Shown here: positions 39,722-53,279 of the stretch, in pieces | Position numbering within the stretch: the stretch's first letter is position 1 | How the letters are laid out: each line of letters opens with the position of its first letter | NCBI GenBank assembly: GCA_951406725.2 | Contig: OX597823.1 | Coordinates: forward strand, 109,058,001 to 109,122,000 | Origin: Octopus vulgaris | Lineage: Eukaryota | Direction of reading: 5' to 3' | DNA: 64,000 nucleotides | Translations under genes and position numbers: made by a program | The notes under the pieces: model-generated | Told to the model about the DNA's origin: nothing | The model's database searches: none | Seen by the model: the letters and a program-made list of their open reading frames with translations, nothing else

Positions 39722-40180
39722 GGAGGCGCAATGGCCCATTGTTTAGGGCAACGGACTCGCGATCGTAAGAACGCGGTTTCGATTCCCAGACCGGGCATTG
39801 TGAGTATTTATTGAACAAAAGCACCTAAGCTCCACGAGGCCCCAGTGGGGTGCTGAACCCCGTTGTACTCTTTCACCATAACTTTCTCTCACTCTTTCTT
39901 CCTACTTCTGTCACAAAGCCGAGGAACCTATGTTGTGGTTAACTTTCAGACCCTCGTCTAGATTGCAAATCCTCTGTACCCGAGGATGGTTCAGCTCTCC
40001 ACCCGTTAAAAGCCACCATTTACAGAATGAAGATAACAATGTAGCTTTCGCGCCCGTGCAACCGCCTGTCTATCGCGTGTGGTGGATGTGTCTTCAAGTT
40101 GCCACACGCATTCGTAGTAGCTTAGAGTAGGCTCCAATTAGAGATTATTCTTTGTGGCTAATGGCATGAGTCCTGATTTG
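39722..40180 (+). mobile_element. SINE family 4, copy 2
   Basis: Collinear with 29273-29752. Confidence 0.85.
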
Positions 40181-40482
40181 AAGAAGAAGAAGAAGAAGAA
40201 GAAGAAGAAGAAGAAGAAGAAGAAGAAGAAGAAGAAGAAGAAGGAGGAGGAGGAGAGGAAAACGACGACGACGAAGAAGAAGAAGAAGAAGAAGAAGAAG
40301 AAGAAGAAGAAGAAGAAGAAGAAGAAGAAGAAGAAGAAGGAGGAGGAGGAGAGGAAAACGACGACGACGACGACGAAGAAGAAGAAGAAGAAGAAGAAGA
40401 AGAAGAAGAAGAAGAAGAAGAAGAAGAAGAAGAAGAAGAAGAAGAAGAAGAAGAAGAAGAAGAAGAAGAAGAAGAAGAAGAA
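40180..40482. repeat. (GAA)n tract with a duplicated GGA/ACG interruption
   Basis: The interruption GGAGGAGGAGGAGAGGAAAACGACGACG occurs twice within the (GAA)n tract. Confidence 0.95.
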
Positions 40483-40904
40483 GCAACAGCAGCAGTAGCA
40501 ACAACAACAGCAGCAGCAGCAGCGAAATAATAAGGGTTTCTGATTTACATAATAGAACAACAATTTGGGGATTTAATGATTGCTCCCCCCCAATATATAA
40601 CTGATAGTTTCTTCTCTCGAGCCGGAAGGATGGGTGACAAAGATTCGTTCGGCAGGATCTATTTAGGCTTAACACGTTAAGAATCAAAACAAATTCCGCA
40701 AAATATTTGCCGGGTCTAACGACTCTTCAAGACTGTCGCTCTGATGACGATAATTACTATTATAACGATGACGACGATCATGATGAAGATGATGATGATG
40801 GTGGTGGTGGTGGTGATGATGATTCTAGAAGTGGTAGTTGTGGCGGCACTATGTTGATGACGCTGATTATGATAGAAATCGGAATAATTTTTTTCCTTCT
40901 TTCT

Positions 40905-41293
40905 ATTTTTTCTACGCTAGGCACAAGGCTCGAAATTTTGGGGGAAAGAACAGCCGATTAGATCGAGCAGTATGCAAATGGTATATAACTTATCAACCTC
41001 GAAAGGGTGAAGGCAAAGTCGACCTCGGCGGAATTTGAACTGAGAACGTAGCGGCAAACAAAATACCTATTTCTTTACTACCCACAAGGAGCTAAACACA
41101 GAGAGGACAAACAAGGACAAACAAACGGATTAAGTCGATTACATCGACCTCAGTGCGTAACTGGTACTTTATTTATCGACCCCGAAAGGATGAAAGGCAA
41201 AGTCGACCTCGTCAGAATTTGAACTCAGAACGTAACGGCAGACGAAATACCGGTAAGCCCGGCGTGCTAATGCCTCTGCCAGCTCGCTGCCTT
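40905..41293 (-). mobile_element. SINE family 1 heterodimer
   Basis: Junction AAAGAAATA|GGTATTTTG near 41067; the two units have different 3' ends. Confidence 0.85.
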
Positions 41294-41439
41294 ATAAAAA
41301 AACAATAAATGAATGAAAATAATAAAATAACAATAATGAAAATATTATTATTTTCGCGAATATTTTTCTTGAATAAAAGGCAACATTGTGATATATTGAA
41401 CTTAAAACGGGACGTATCGGAACAATGACTGCAAGGAAT

Positions 41440-42584
41440 TTTATCCGGCGCGCTTTTGATTCTGCCAATCTGCTGTCATATCTGTCGCGTTGCTCTCAAG
41501 CAACTCTGCCGTCCTGGGTCGACCTTAAGTGACTTCAACACAACCAAAGCATTCTATAGGGGTTTAGTGGAGGGGAGGTACGACGACGAGCTCGGGGCGA
41601 ACCTGGACGTCGACGAGGAGTACCTGACCCGCCTGTTCAGGACGACTTTCGGGCCAGGGCCCATGGACAACTTCCAGAGATCCCTGGCCTGGCAGTGCTA
41701 CCGAGAAGCGCTACCCGTTCGGGATAAGCTCTACAGACACGGCTCGAGAAACACGGGGCCGACCTGCCCGAGATGCGGTCAGAGCGACGAAACCGTTCTG
41801 CACGCACTCGTTCAGTGTCCAACAATTTCCGACCTGTGGGCTTATGTCGAACAACTGCTGTCACGTGTGGGACGAGTCGGTTTATCAGCTGAGTCTATCG
41901 TCAATATTGTCACGCCTCCTTCCTTCAAACGGGAAGGAAGAGCTATTTTCATCATCCTTGTGGCTATGGCGAAAGAATGTATCTGGTGGACGCGTCTGAA
42001 AGGATTGGAGACAAACACTTTCCTCTCTGGTCAATCTCTCATCAACTTCTTCAAGTACCACTTGAAAAGGAAAGTGAGAGTAGAGAGGCAAGTTTTGTCT
42101 AGCGAATGTTTTAAAAAAAGATGGGTGAATGTAGCAAGAATGGCACGTATGAATGACGAAGCCACCTTGAGCATAGTCCTATGAACCCAGAAATCGAAAA
42201 CAGAGAGTTGCTTATTTGCAAAAAAAAAAAAAAAAAAAAAAAGAAATATAAAATGTGACTTCATTGACCGAGGTTACCGTGGTCTTTTCCGTAGGCTTTT
42301 CTTTCCACGGGTAAACCTCACCTGTCCTCCCCTTTACACTTCATATTGACATTTCTGTGATAACGATCCCTATTGATCAATTTTTTTTTTTTTTTTTTTT
42401 TTTTTCCTCTCCCCCTTTTTTAACCCCCCTTTTTTTGTCCTCCTTCTCTCCTTTTACGATCCCTTTTGATCGAAACTCCCCCTTACTTTTTTTTTTTTTT
42501 TTTTTTTTTTAAACATTCAAAAGAAAAGCTCTACCTTGTAATTTGTTCTATCTGTGTGCAGCCCTGTGTGGCTAATAAAGAAAC
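41440..42584 (+). mobile_element. Tx1/L1-clade LINE 3' fragment
   Basis: ORF 41456-42184 with a zf-RVT motif LAWQCYREALPVRDKL...CPRCGQSDETVLHALVQC and C-terminal AKECIWWTR...F..RW; pyrimidine-rich 3' UTR; AATAAA immediately before (ATCT)n. Confidence 0.85.
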
Positions 42585-42585
42585 A

Positions 42586-42641
<56 letters not shown>

Positions 42642-42659
42642 CATCTATCTATCTATCTA

Positions 42660-42709
<50 letters not shown>

Positions 42710-42792
42710 CGTCCGTCAGTCTGTCTGTCTATCCATCTATCAAACTTATCTATGCTATCTATCTTATATATATATATATATCTCTCTCTCTC

Positions 42793-42844
<52 letters not shown>

Positions 42845-42850
<6 letters not shown>

Positions 42851-42963
42851 AATCAAGTGACCGACAAGACCATCAGATGTTGTTACACATCGCTGGTCAC
42901 AATGCGTTCGCATTGTTTTAGCCTTCGAATGATGCCACCCCGCTGGCTAAGCGAACAGGCCAA
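42845..42963 (+). mobile_element. Probable SINE/LINE 3'-end fragment
   Basis: GC-richer, hairpin-rich (ACAATGCG-TT-CGCATTGT) insert between (TA)n tracts. Confidence 0.4.
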
Positions 42964-42974
42964 TATATATACAT

Positions 42975-43312
42975 ATCTGTAAATGTAATATGTGACAATT
43001 ATTCGGTGGCCATGATAAAACTCCGAGTTTCGGATGCCAGCGTGGCAATCCACGCCGCATCTCTTCAGTTATCTGACCATTGGAAAAAATGCTATGAAAA
43101 TGACCGTTAAACAAAGGGAAATTGCTGTGTGATTGACCGTTATTAAGACAAAAGAGATATTTGAATGACCACCAAGTGAAGGGAGGAGTAAAAGTAAGGG
43201 GGTAAAAAGGTTCATAGTATTCGCGTAAGCGCGCATGTTCATACCTACACATGCGCGCTTACGCGAATACTATGAACATTTTACCCCCTTATTTTTACAC
43301 CTTCCCCTCACT
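42975..43312 (-). mobile_element. Repeat family A, copy 2, with inverted terminal duplication
   Basis: Reverse complement of 3730-4007, followed by a foldback of about 60 bp. Confidence 0.8.
43014..43073 (-). ncRNA. Type I hammerhead ribozyme motif
   Basis: Minus strand GATAA-CTGAAGA-GATGCGGCGTGG(ATTG)CCACGCTGGCATC-C-GAAA-CTCGGAGT-T-TTATC. Confidence 0.8.
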
Positions 43313-44632
43313 AAGCATTTTGCCCGGCATGCTAACGATTCTCCCAGCCCGCTACCTTATTGCTTCGACATATTGAAAAAGTATATTGGTTGTGAAACAT
43401 GTTATATGTGTAATATTTTCTCTTCGTGTATTAAATAGAATAATCGTATTGTTGAACTATAAATAAAAAAAAAAAAAATATAGTATCATCATAGAGTGTA
43501 AAACAAAATAAATCTATAATGTGGAAAAGAAGTTGCTTAACCAGTTTGTAGTTTGATATTTCTTAAAAGTAAGCAACAAGAATGTCTACAAGAATTGACT
43601 AACTCCAGTCATTTATTCATAAGTGTTTGAAACAATGTTATACATCTCCGTGAGATATAAATCATAACTTTTGGAAACATTAATATAAAAGTACTCGAGT
43701 TTTATATTGGTCAGGTTTAGCTGAAAATTCTAGCACATTTTTGTGTGAGGTAGTAAGATATTTCTCTGAGTTGCGAATGTTGCAAGAATCTTTTTATTAA
43801 AGGATTAACAATAATCTCAGTGTAACTTGTAGTACCTCTGTTATCTTCAAGAGCGGCATCTGCTCGATAATCTAATGCTTGAGAGAGATACATTCTTGGG
43901 CAATCAGGTATTTGGGCGGTCGAACATGTGAATAAAAGGAAAAACGCCGTTTGTTCGCACTGAAAATATTTCTTCTGTTTATAGTTTCTATAACAATTAA
44001 GTTTTTGGTGCAAATGTAGCTTACCTTAATAATAGTTTTTCGATCTGAGATTCATGACTTCACATAATTGCATTTTTCTAATTCAGGGAAAATTAATTCC
44101 ATATTTTCAGCGTTACATGATTATCGGCTGTTAATAATGAAAACAATAAACGGTTGTATAATGAATGCTATTATGAAAGTTCATCAACATACTGGAAGTT
44201 GTTTTGGTCTCTTGGGAATCACTTATATATTCAGGCAAATGTTTACACCATCCGATGAACATTTAAATGACGCAGAGGATTGTAACATATAATCTCATGA
44301 TTTATAATTTGGACACTTAGGAATATGTCTTCTCTATGCAGTGTTCTTTGGTTGAATATACAGTATATTAATGTGCTATAACAATAAAGTAAGGAGCATT
44401 GTAAAAGGATCGCACATCAGAGCGTATCAAATAGATATATATTCTTTGTTACTTACTCAGTATTTTAAAACTATTTCGAGATGGTTGGAATTTGGCTGTA
44501 TTTAGCAACAATTAAAATCTAAGTATTTAGAATTTTAATATTTAGAAATTTAATATTTCTAATTTTGGTTATCAGTGAATATACTTCACTGGAAAAAAAT
44601 ATATATGTTTACAAAGTCTAGACAGGTATATT

Positions 44633-44707
44633 CAGCTGCAGGCCATGCTACTCCAGACTGATGACGAGCAAGACTCAGAAACATGTCTCTGACTGCAGGC
44701 CTAGCTG
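44633..44707 (+). ncRNA. Type I hammerhead ribozyme motif with extended stem I
   Basis: CAGA-CTGATGA-C-GAG(CAAGA)CTC-A-GAAA-CATGT-C-TCTG; palindromic ACATGT stem III; GUC triplet ending at 44687; outer pairings TGC/GCA, AGGCC/GGCCT and CAGCT/AGCTG. Confidence 0.7.
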
Positions 44708-46178
44708 TTGGGGGTGCTTGTCTCCCTTTTGTAAACATAAGGACACAGGAAATGTGTCAAGGCCGACAGGAAGCGTTGATGCTTCCTAGGGCTAAATAGT
44801 GGTGGTGTGATTCCGTGATGCCGTTTATGGGACTGTCACGTTAAGTTGACAGTATACAACTGCTCAAAATCTAAGTAATTTTCAAGAAATTGGCTTTATT
44901 AAATTCTTATCAACTAAATAACTCTCAGTATGTTCATAAACTCTTTGCTGATAGCATCCGCTGTGCAGCCTTTTATAGTTTCTATTGTTAACAGTTTATT
45001 GTCATGTAACTCCGAGCATCGAAGAGAAAAATTTCCTTGAGTTAAGTTTTAAGATACTGTGAAGTTAGAAATGTCAACTCCACTGTAAGATCAAATAGAT
45101 ACCGGAAACAGTACCTGGAAGTTACCTTTAATAAAAAAAAAGGTAAGCTTTAAGAAAAGACAACTGAGACCTGGCGTGGACGATGATGATGATGTCACAT
45201 GACATTAGGAGTCGAAACATAAGCACGTAGACCTGTAGATGAATGAAGCAGTGAAACAGATTAAATATATGATTTCGCTAATTTTTCAGTTATCTAAACT
45301 TTGAAAAAGAATCTTTAAGATACTTTGGAAAACTATGGTTTCAAGGAAGAGGTGAATAAAAACACCTGGTGCTTTAGAAAATAAAAGCTATTCGACATCG
45401 ATCTTATGTGCGTACATTGCTCTCTTTACAACGTGAGCGGAATTTCGCAAAGATCTGTTTAATCCTAAAAGATCAGTTGAAAATGACGGAACTAAAATTT
45501 CACCGATTTAAAGAAGACCTGAGAAAGACAAATAGTCCACAGTAAGGAGAAAAGTCTATTTTCCTGAAAAATATCCCTGCCTTTTAGGTAAAAATGAAAG
45601 CATCAATAGGCATATTATTGATTTTTCATGATCTTTATTCATCTGCATCACTGTCCGTTATGATTTCTATGTCCATAACAGCACACAACTTCGACTATAA
45701 ACTCCTATCATTTTAAAATGAAAACAATTGTTACGTACTTAGAACTGAAGATTGCTATCTGACATTTATTCTCTAATGTACGTTGTTCATATATACAAAC
45801 ATGCCACGTGCAAACACACGCACACGTACACAAATACACACACGCTCACGTACGCAAACACGCACACGCACACGTATTGTAATTCTCACCATTCCTATAA
45901 TGACATACTTCGCAAATGATAACCTCAGTTTTATATACGTATAAACACATATAACAAAATGGCATGAAAAAGTGAACTCAGGAATAATCGAAAAAACGTG
46001 AACATGTAAAATATAAATATCAAATCTATTAATCTCGATTTTGAACTAAGCGATGTTTACGGCCAGTTACAATTTCTCCTTCCTACGTATCGATTAGTGT
46101 AAAAGAGAGAGTTATGGTTGAAAACAGAAGTCTTAACACACACACACATACACACATTATACATACATGCATAGATAC

Positions 46179-46247
<69 letters not shown>

Positions 46248-46269
46248 CACATATATATATACATATACA

Positions 46270-46323
<54 letters not shown>

Positions 46324-46343
46324 CATATATATATATACATATA

Positions 46344-46385
<42 letters not shown>

Positions 46386-46416
46386 TATTAATGTGTATAT
46401 ATTTATACATATATAC

Positions 46417-46448
<32 letters not shown>

Positions 46449-46463
46449 GCATACATATATATA

Positions 46464-46507
<44 letters not shown>

Positions 46508-47516
46508 CATTTATATATATATATGTATCAACGGATATTCTAATCGATTTTCCATAAGTGTATTTTACTTCAGTCGAAAGCTGATTATTCTTTATTCATA
46601 CACTCTGTCTCTTTGTCATTGAGCTCTTTGACTGTCGCAACAAGGAAGACATATATTGTGTGTGTATGTATGTATAAATACACAATTAGGCGCATATATC
46701 TATATATATATGCATGTGCGTGCATTCATACATATAAATATATATATACATACATACATGTAAACATACATACATATATATATATGCATACGCGTATACA
46801 AAACTGTATCTGAATACATACATCTATGCATCTAAATATATACATACATACATACATACTAGAAAAGATTACAGATTGCTATACATCTTACGTAGAGGAC
46901 CACGCTATTCTGGACAACGTTGTCTTGTTGCCAGGGATAGCGATTTTTTCCACTTGACTTTCAGTGACTCAAAGCAAAAAGTTTTTATTTCAATCGTTCA
47001 GAATCAAATTGAGTATAAAAATATGAGAACCTTGTAAAAATGAACCTAACATCAATCTTGTGCAAATTTATTGAGTTGTTTTAGATGTCAGTTTGAAAGA
47101 AAAACAGTCACCAACAGGTCAAATAATGTTTTTGTTGTTGTTGCTTTTTTGCTGTTGTTGTTGGTTTTTGTTTTTCTTAAATATAATACTGTTTTTGCTG
47201 TTAAAAAACGAAGGAAAAATATTGGGAAAAACATGTGAGAATGGTATACTGACGATATATATTAGTCGCAGAATCTATCTCTCTGCTTATCTCTCAGTGT
47301 CACTCTCTCTTCGTTTCTGTATATATATTTGGCCGAGTATACATATATAGATAGGCAGATACATACATAAAACATATATGTATGTATATATATATGTATA
47401 TATATATCCGATATACACAAGCAAATATGAATATATATATGTAATTGTGTATGTTCATATGTATCTATATTCATTCCATATTATTCTGCCTGCAGTCTAC
47501 CAAGGGTATTTGTATC

Positions 47517-47559
<43 letters not shown>

Positions 47560-47588
47560 TATATACATATACATATATATAAATACAT

Positions 47589-47629
<41 letters not shown>

Positions 47630-47765
47630 ATATAGATACAAATATGCGTATATATACGTATATGTTTATATATATATGTGTTTACACACGTACACATACC
47701 TACGCACGACTATCCACACAGGCTTAGAACCTGCAGTTAAAGACAAACACATATACAAGCACATA

Positions 47766-47797
<32 letters not shown>

Positions 47798-48192
47798 TAT
47801 ACTTACACATATACTTACACACACACATACACACATACCTGCACACAGATCGGATATATACTTGTACGTGTATATGCCTATACGAGCGTGTAAGAGGTGA
47901 GGAGAAAATGATTGTCACTTCAGAACAAACAATTGACCGTCATTGACCATTTTATCGATGTTCGCCTTAGCCTATCGATTTTGCTTCAAAATCATGGCCG
48001 TATGAAGACGACCATTGAAAAACATTCCGCCATTGGTAGATGATGTGTGAAATTACAGATCCATCATTCATCAATAGCGTTGTTGTAGTGGCTGCTGAAC
48101 AGACTAGGAAACTGGGAACATACGTAAGTATGTGTTTCTGTGTACTTATCTAAATACATATAGGCATACATGCAAAACTACCTACACACCTA

Positions 48193-48267
<75 letters not shown>

Positions 48268-48269
48268 GT

Positions 48270-48322
<53 letters not shown>

Positions 48323-48798
48323 AATACACATATACATATATACGTATACATACTTATATATATATATTCATGTATGTATATTCATGAATGTATATCTGTG
48401 TGTCTGTGTGATGATATGCGGAAACATTTACTTACACATGCATTAATCTATACGAACCATTTTATATGTCTGTGTATATGTGTAGGTGTCTGCATATTCT
48501 TGTTTATATGAGTCTAACTCAGTGTGTCAGCTTGTGAGTGTGTAATTCTCTTTCCCTCCATGTGAGTGTGTGTGTATGTGTGTGTGGGTGAGCGTGTGTG
48601 ACTGAGAGAGAGAGATAGAGAGAGACTGAGAGGGACTGAGTGAACTAGAGAGAGTGAGATATAGGCAGAAAAGTTTTAACTTTGACAAACCATATCTCCA
48701 GTTGTACAACAGACTTTTGACAGAATCCTTTTAAAATTGTTAGTTGTAGTTTTAAGAATTGCAGTTGAAGTAGTTGCTTTGTAGATGTAATTGTTCCT

Positions 48799-48843
<45 letters not shown>

Positions 48844-49639
48844 ATAGTGGTAGTAGTAGTAGTAGTAGTAGTGGAGGTTGTTGTTGTTGTTATTCAGGCA
48901 TTTTAGTATTTTTTTGTTTTTTTGTCGTTTATAATTATGTCACCAATCATCTCTGCTTGAGTTCATCAGCGGCACGGAAGTAAACAATTACATATTTCAG
49001 ACGGAACCAGCATCTCATTGACGTCATGCTTTTTCCCTTCATCTGAGATCGTTGTTTTGATGCTAGCTAAAGAGAAGCAAATGGTCTGGGCTGGATGGCT
49101 TTGGTGGTATGTTACAAAACAAGGAGAGGAAATAACTGATGCTCACTTTCAGATTCTGAATATTCTTCAAAGTCACAATATGTTTAAACCAAAACGGTAT
49201 AACCCTTAGATAAAATAGATGCCTTATATTATTTTGCTACTGTTTTTCTTTTGTATATTTTGAACTCATCCCTAAAGGAGCCGAAATTATATACCTATGA
49301 ATTCAAACGGGCTGGTAGAAATAACAGTGACTCCAACCGCTACTACAAACTTCCGCCTTCAATTTTGAAAGAATACTTAAGGATAATTCAGTCCTATTTG
49401 CTACAAAAGAAGACGGGATGATTAAAGTTGGCAAACTGTGGGTCATAGGTCAATAGAATTTCAGCAAAACTGGGGTTAAACAGTAGAAGACCACACACGC
49501 ATGCACGCCCACATACACACTCCACAATATTCGTTTACTCGTTTATGCGACGTTCCAAAATCTCTAAGGCTGTTCCCATGCTGGAGCAGCGCTAGAATAT
49601 ATATATATATATATATATAAAAATAAAAAATAAAAAATT

Positions 49640-51743
49640 TAATGAGACGGCGTACGAAATTTTCAAATCGCCTAAACAAACAGATTGAAAGCAGTGAAAA
49701 GTCCCGCCTAAAAATAAAACTGTTGGAAATCGAAAAATGTCTGCAACTCTCCCATGAAAAAGAAAGAGCAGACAAAGAAGCCTGGGCTATAGAAAACATA
49801 AAATCTAACCCCAGAGCTTTCTACAGGTATGCCAAAGAAACAGCTACAGTGCACTGTAGAATAGGGCCACTCCTCGAAAAGGATGGCACACTTACAGGAA
49901 AACCAATGAGGGTAAGTGAAATACTGAATGAGCAATTCAAGAGTGTTTTCACTCCACCCCTTGGGCATCTCCAAATCACCAATCCAACTGACTTTTTTAC
50001 CACTGCAGATATAAAATCAGAGGCGGCGACGATAGATTACATCGATATAAAGGAAGACGATGTAACCAAGGCTATAGATGAAATGAAAACAGACTCAGCT
50101 ACTGGCCCCGATGGATTCCCGGCAATCCTCCTAAAAGCATGTAAGAGAGTCCTAGCAAGACCACTGCAGTTCCTCTTTCAGAGCTTCCTTGCAGTAGGCA
50201 AACTTCCAGGAAAACTGAAGGAAGGTAAAATATGCCCCATTCATAAAGGAGGTAGCAGAGCGGAAGCCAAGAACTATAGACCTATCTCTCTGACCTCACA
50301 CATCATGGAACGAATAGTCAGAAGGAAGCTGATCACCTTCCTTGAAGAGAATGACTTGCTGCCCGACACCCAACATGGTTTCCGACCAGGGAGAAGCTGT
50401 TTAACTCAGCTCCTACAACACTATGACTGGGTGCTGAAACGGCTGCTCAACCACTCAAATGTGGAAGTGATATATCTCGACTTTGCAAAGGCCTTTGATA
50501 AAGTCGATCATGGAATGATATGTCACAAACTGCGTGATCTCAACATAGTTGGAAAACTGGGAGAATGGCTTCATGACTTTCTGAAGGATAGAAGTCAGGT
50601 GGTAGTAGCCAATGGGGCCACCTCCATTAACACACAAATAGTGAGCGGTGTTCCGCAGGGCACTGTTCTGGGACCACTACTGTTCATAATGGCCCTCTCA
50701 GACATGCCCTCAGCCACGCAGAGAGCCACGATCACAAGTTATGCAGATGATACAAAAGTTTCACAGGCAATACAGAACCCTGAGGACACTAAACACCTGC
50801 AATGTGAGCTGGACGAAATATACAAGTGGGCTGAAAAGAATAGCATGCAGTTCAATGCTGGAAAGTTTCAAGCTTTATACTATCAGCATGCAAAACTGAA
50901 TGCAATACCCAATGAATACACTGGACCCGGAGGGATTACAATCCCAGAGGCACAATCAGTGCGTGACCTGGGTATTCACATGAGTGATGACGCGACCTTT
51001 CATGTACATGTTGCTAAACTGACAATGAAATGTAGACGGCTGGCTGGATGGATTTTTAGAACCTTTAGAACAAGAGAACAAGAAACCATGATGGTCCTCT
51101 GGAAGACACTTGTCCTAAGCCACTTTGTCTATTGCTCTCAGCTATGGTCACCATCCAGTGTCAAGTTGATCACAGAACTTGAGGCGATCCAACGAAGCTA
51201 CACAAAGAAGATAGCCTCTATGCAGAATGTAAGCTACTGGGAAAGACTCAAGAGATTAAAATTATATTCCCTGGAGCGTAGGCGGGAAAGATATGCCATA
51301 ATATACATCTGGAAGATCCTGGAGGGAAGTGTCCTGAACTTTGGCATCGAGAGTTACGCAAATGCCAGAACTGGGCGCCACTGCGTGGTGCCTAGGACTC
51401 CAAACCTGCCATCAAGATGTAGGACAAGATTCTGTGATAGCCTGGGCTTCCGAGGCCCACATCTCTTCAATATCCTCCCGAAGAACCTGAGAGACCTGCA
51501 TGGGGTGGATACAGATGTCTTTAAAATGAAGCTGGATCTCTTCCTGTCAGGTGTCCCAGATGAACCAACTTCACGGCAGGAGGGGCAGATGAGGGCAGCT
51601 GCATCGAACTCTCTCATGCACCAAATAGCAGTTGCTAGAAAGCCTCCATGAAGTGAAACCAAGTAGCAACACCAAATGGCGGTGCCCCAGCATGGCCACA
51701 GCTCATAAGCTGAAACTAGAATCAATCAATCAATCAATCAATC
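49640..51743 (+). mobile_element. CR1-group LINE, 5'-truncated, with short 3' UTR and (AATC)n tail
   Basis: RT ORF, ~70-bp 3' UTR with a hairpin, (AATC)n tail; flanked by (TA)n. Confidence 0.92.
49642..51651 (+). CDS. Reverse transcriptase ORF2 (5'-truncated, no APE domain) of a CR1-group LINE
   Basis: 669-aa open frame with [56 protein letters not shown] and VRDLG motifs. Confidence 0.95.
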   Translation: MRRRTKFSNRLNKQIESSEKSRLKIKLLEIEKCLQLSHEKERADKEAWAIENIKSNPRAFYRYAKETATVHCRIGPLLEKDGTLTGKPMRVSEILNEQFKSVFTPPLGHLQITNPTDFFTTADIKSEAATIDYIDIKEDDVTKAIDEMKTDSATGPDGFPAILLKACKRVLARPLQFLFQSFLAVGKLPGKLKEGKICPIHKGGSRAEAKNYRPISLTSHIMERIVRRKLITFLEENDLLPDTQHGFRPGRSCLTQLLQHYDWVLKRLLNHSNVEVIYLDFAKAFDKVDHGMICHKLRDLNIVGKLGEWLHDFLKDRSQVVVANGATSINTQIVSGVPQGTVLGPLLFIMALSDMPSATQRATITSYADDTKVSQAIQNPEDTKHLQCELDEIYKWAEKNSMQFNAGKFQALYYQHAKLNAIPNEYTGPGGITIPEAQSVRDLGIHMSDDATFHVHVAKLTMKCRRLAGWIFRTFRTREQETMMVLWKTLVLSHFVYCSQLWSPSSVKLITELEAIQRSYTKKIASMQNVSYWERLKRLKLYSLERRRERYAIIYIWKILEGSVLNFGIESYANARTGRHCVVPRTPNLPSRCRTRFCDSLGFRGPHLFNILPKNLRDLHGVDTDVFKMKLDLFLSGVPDEPTSRQEGQMRAAASNSLMHQIAVARKPP

Positions 51744-51772
51744 ATATATATATATATATAATAGAAATAATA

Positions 51773-51880
<108 letters not shown>

Positions 51881-51883
51881 TAT

Positions 51884-52520
51884 ATGGGTACAGGACGTCA
51901 CCAACTGTGTAAACAACATGAAATACGCAAATAAATGAGTTAAGTATGCACCGAGAAAAAAGGAAAACAGGACAAGTAAACACATAGAAATGACCCTTCG
52001 TCAGTTGTCGGCTGTCTGTCTACTCTTCATTTCAAGCAGTCAACGACGATATGAGTCTTCAAAGACAGCTGCTCCCATAAAATCTAAAATAAAATTTAGG
52101 ATTTATAGAAGTCAAAGTTGGGAACAAAAATAGGACAATGGAAACATACAAGGAAACCGAACGAAAACAAACATGGAGGGTCGTTACACCGGAATGAGGG
52201 TAAAATAGTGAACGCTGAGAGAAATATTTCTTTGAAAAGAGAAAAGATAGAAAGATAGAGAGAAAAAACGTCCAGTCGTTTCAACATGCGGGCAGGAAGA
52301 CAAAGATGGTCACGTGAGGAATAGAAGGATGGACGATGATCACATGTAAGCAACTAGAGAGGGAAAAGAGAAAGAGGGGGAAATAGTGATAGAAAACTGT
52401 GAAAGAGGGAATGGGAGAAAAAGGGGATTAGAGAAGAGGAAGGAAACAGTATAGAGTGGAGTCGCATTAAAAAGGTGAAGATAAACTTACTTGGAAATGG
52501 ATGCGTGGCGTTCAATTAAA
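51884..52520. mobile_element. Unclassified purine-rich insert (Penelope-terminal-like)
   Basis: Lies between (TA)n tracts; composition resembles families B and C; minus-strand CTGACGAAGGG at about 51994-52004 without a following GAAA. Confidence 0.3.
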
Positions 52521-52784
52521 TAATGATACAAATAATATATATATATATTATATATATATATGGGTATATATATATGGGTATATATATATACACACACATA
52601 TATATATGTGTATTTCATCATGATGAACATACACATTTTTTACTTATTATATATTGATTATTCATGTTTGTACATTTTGTGATCTAGTTATATGTTTTAA
52701 AAAATATGTTATTTTTTATTTATGATATGGTTTATGTCTATCATTGTTTGAATTGCATAATAGGGTTTTTTTCTCTAATTTATA

Positions 52785-52836
<52 letters not shown>

Positions 52837-52849
52837 TCTTTATTATTTT

Positions 52850-53085
52850 ACTTCTGTTTCGCCTCTTTCAGCTATTAGTGGGGTAAACACTTGGAAAACC
52901 TTCATTCAATTAAGTTCGTCCCAGTATATAATTTTAGTCTTTTCGTTGCCGATCTGCTTTGCATCAGGGACGTAAACCAGCTTATTCCTGTTGTCAGATG
53001 ATGGCAGACAAACACAGAAATACTTGTATCTGTACACATGACGGGCCTCAGCCCAGTTGCCATTAACCAAATTCATTTACAGTCA
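52850..53085 (-). mobile_element. Old degenerate SINE family 2
   Basis: TTTTACTTCTGTTTC tail plus GGGACGTAAAC and ACGGGC..CAGTTGCC..ACCAAATTCA remnants. Confidence 0.5.
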
Positions 53086-53279
53086 GCGCGTTTTACAGTA
53101 GAAGACGATCAAGCGGTTGTGCAAGGGATGGCTTCGAGGCGCTTCCAGTAGGTTTCGTCTTAGACTTTTGTAAGTTTGCTATATCCTTACTATACCTTAA
53201 ACAAGATGATCTGCCAACCTTTGTTATTCTACATTGAAGGAGACAGTTGTTACAGAACTCTAAACACACCCAACTAAAC

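Noticed and set aside
48059-49105. Possible host exons (AG..GTAAGT at 48059-48123; AG..GTATGT at about 49001-49105)
   Set aside because: Splice-like signals only; the peptides are unrecognisable and no transcript evidence is available.
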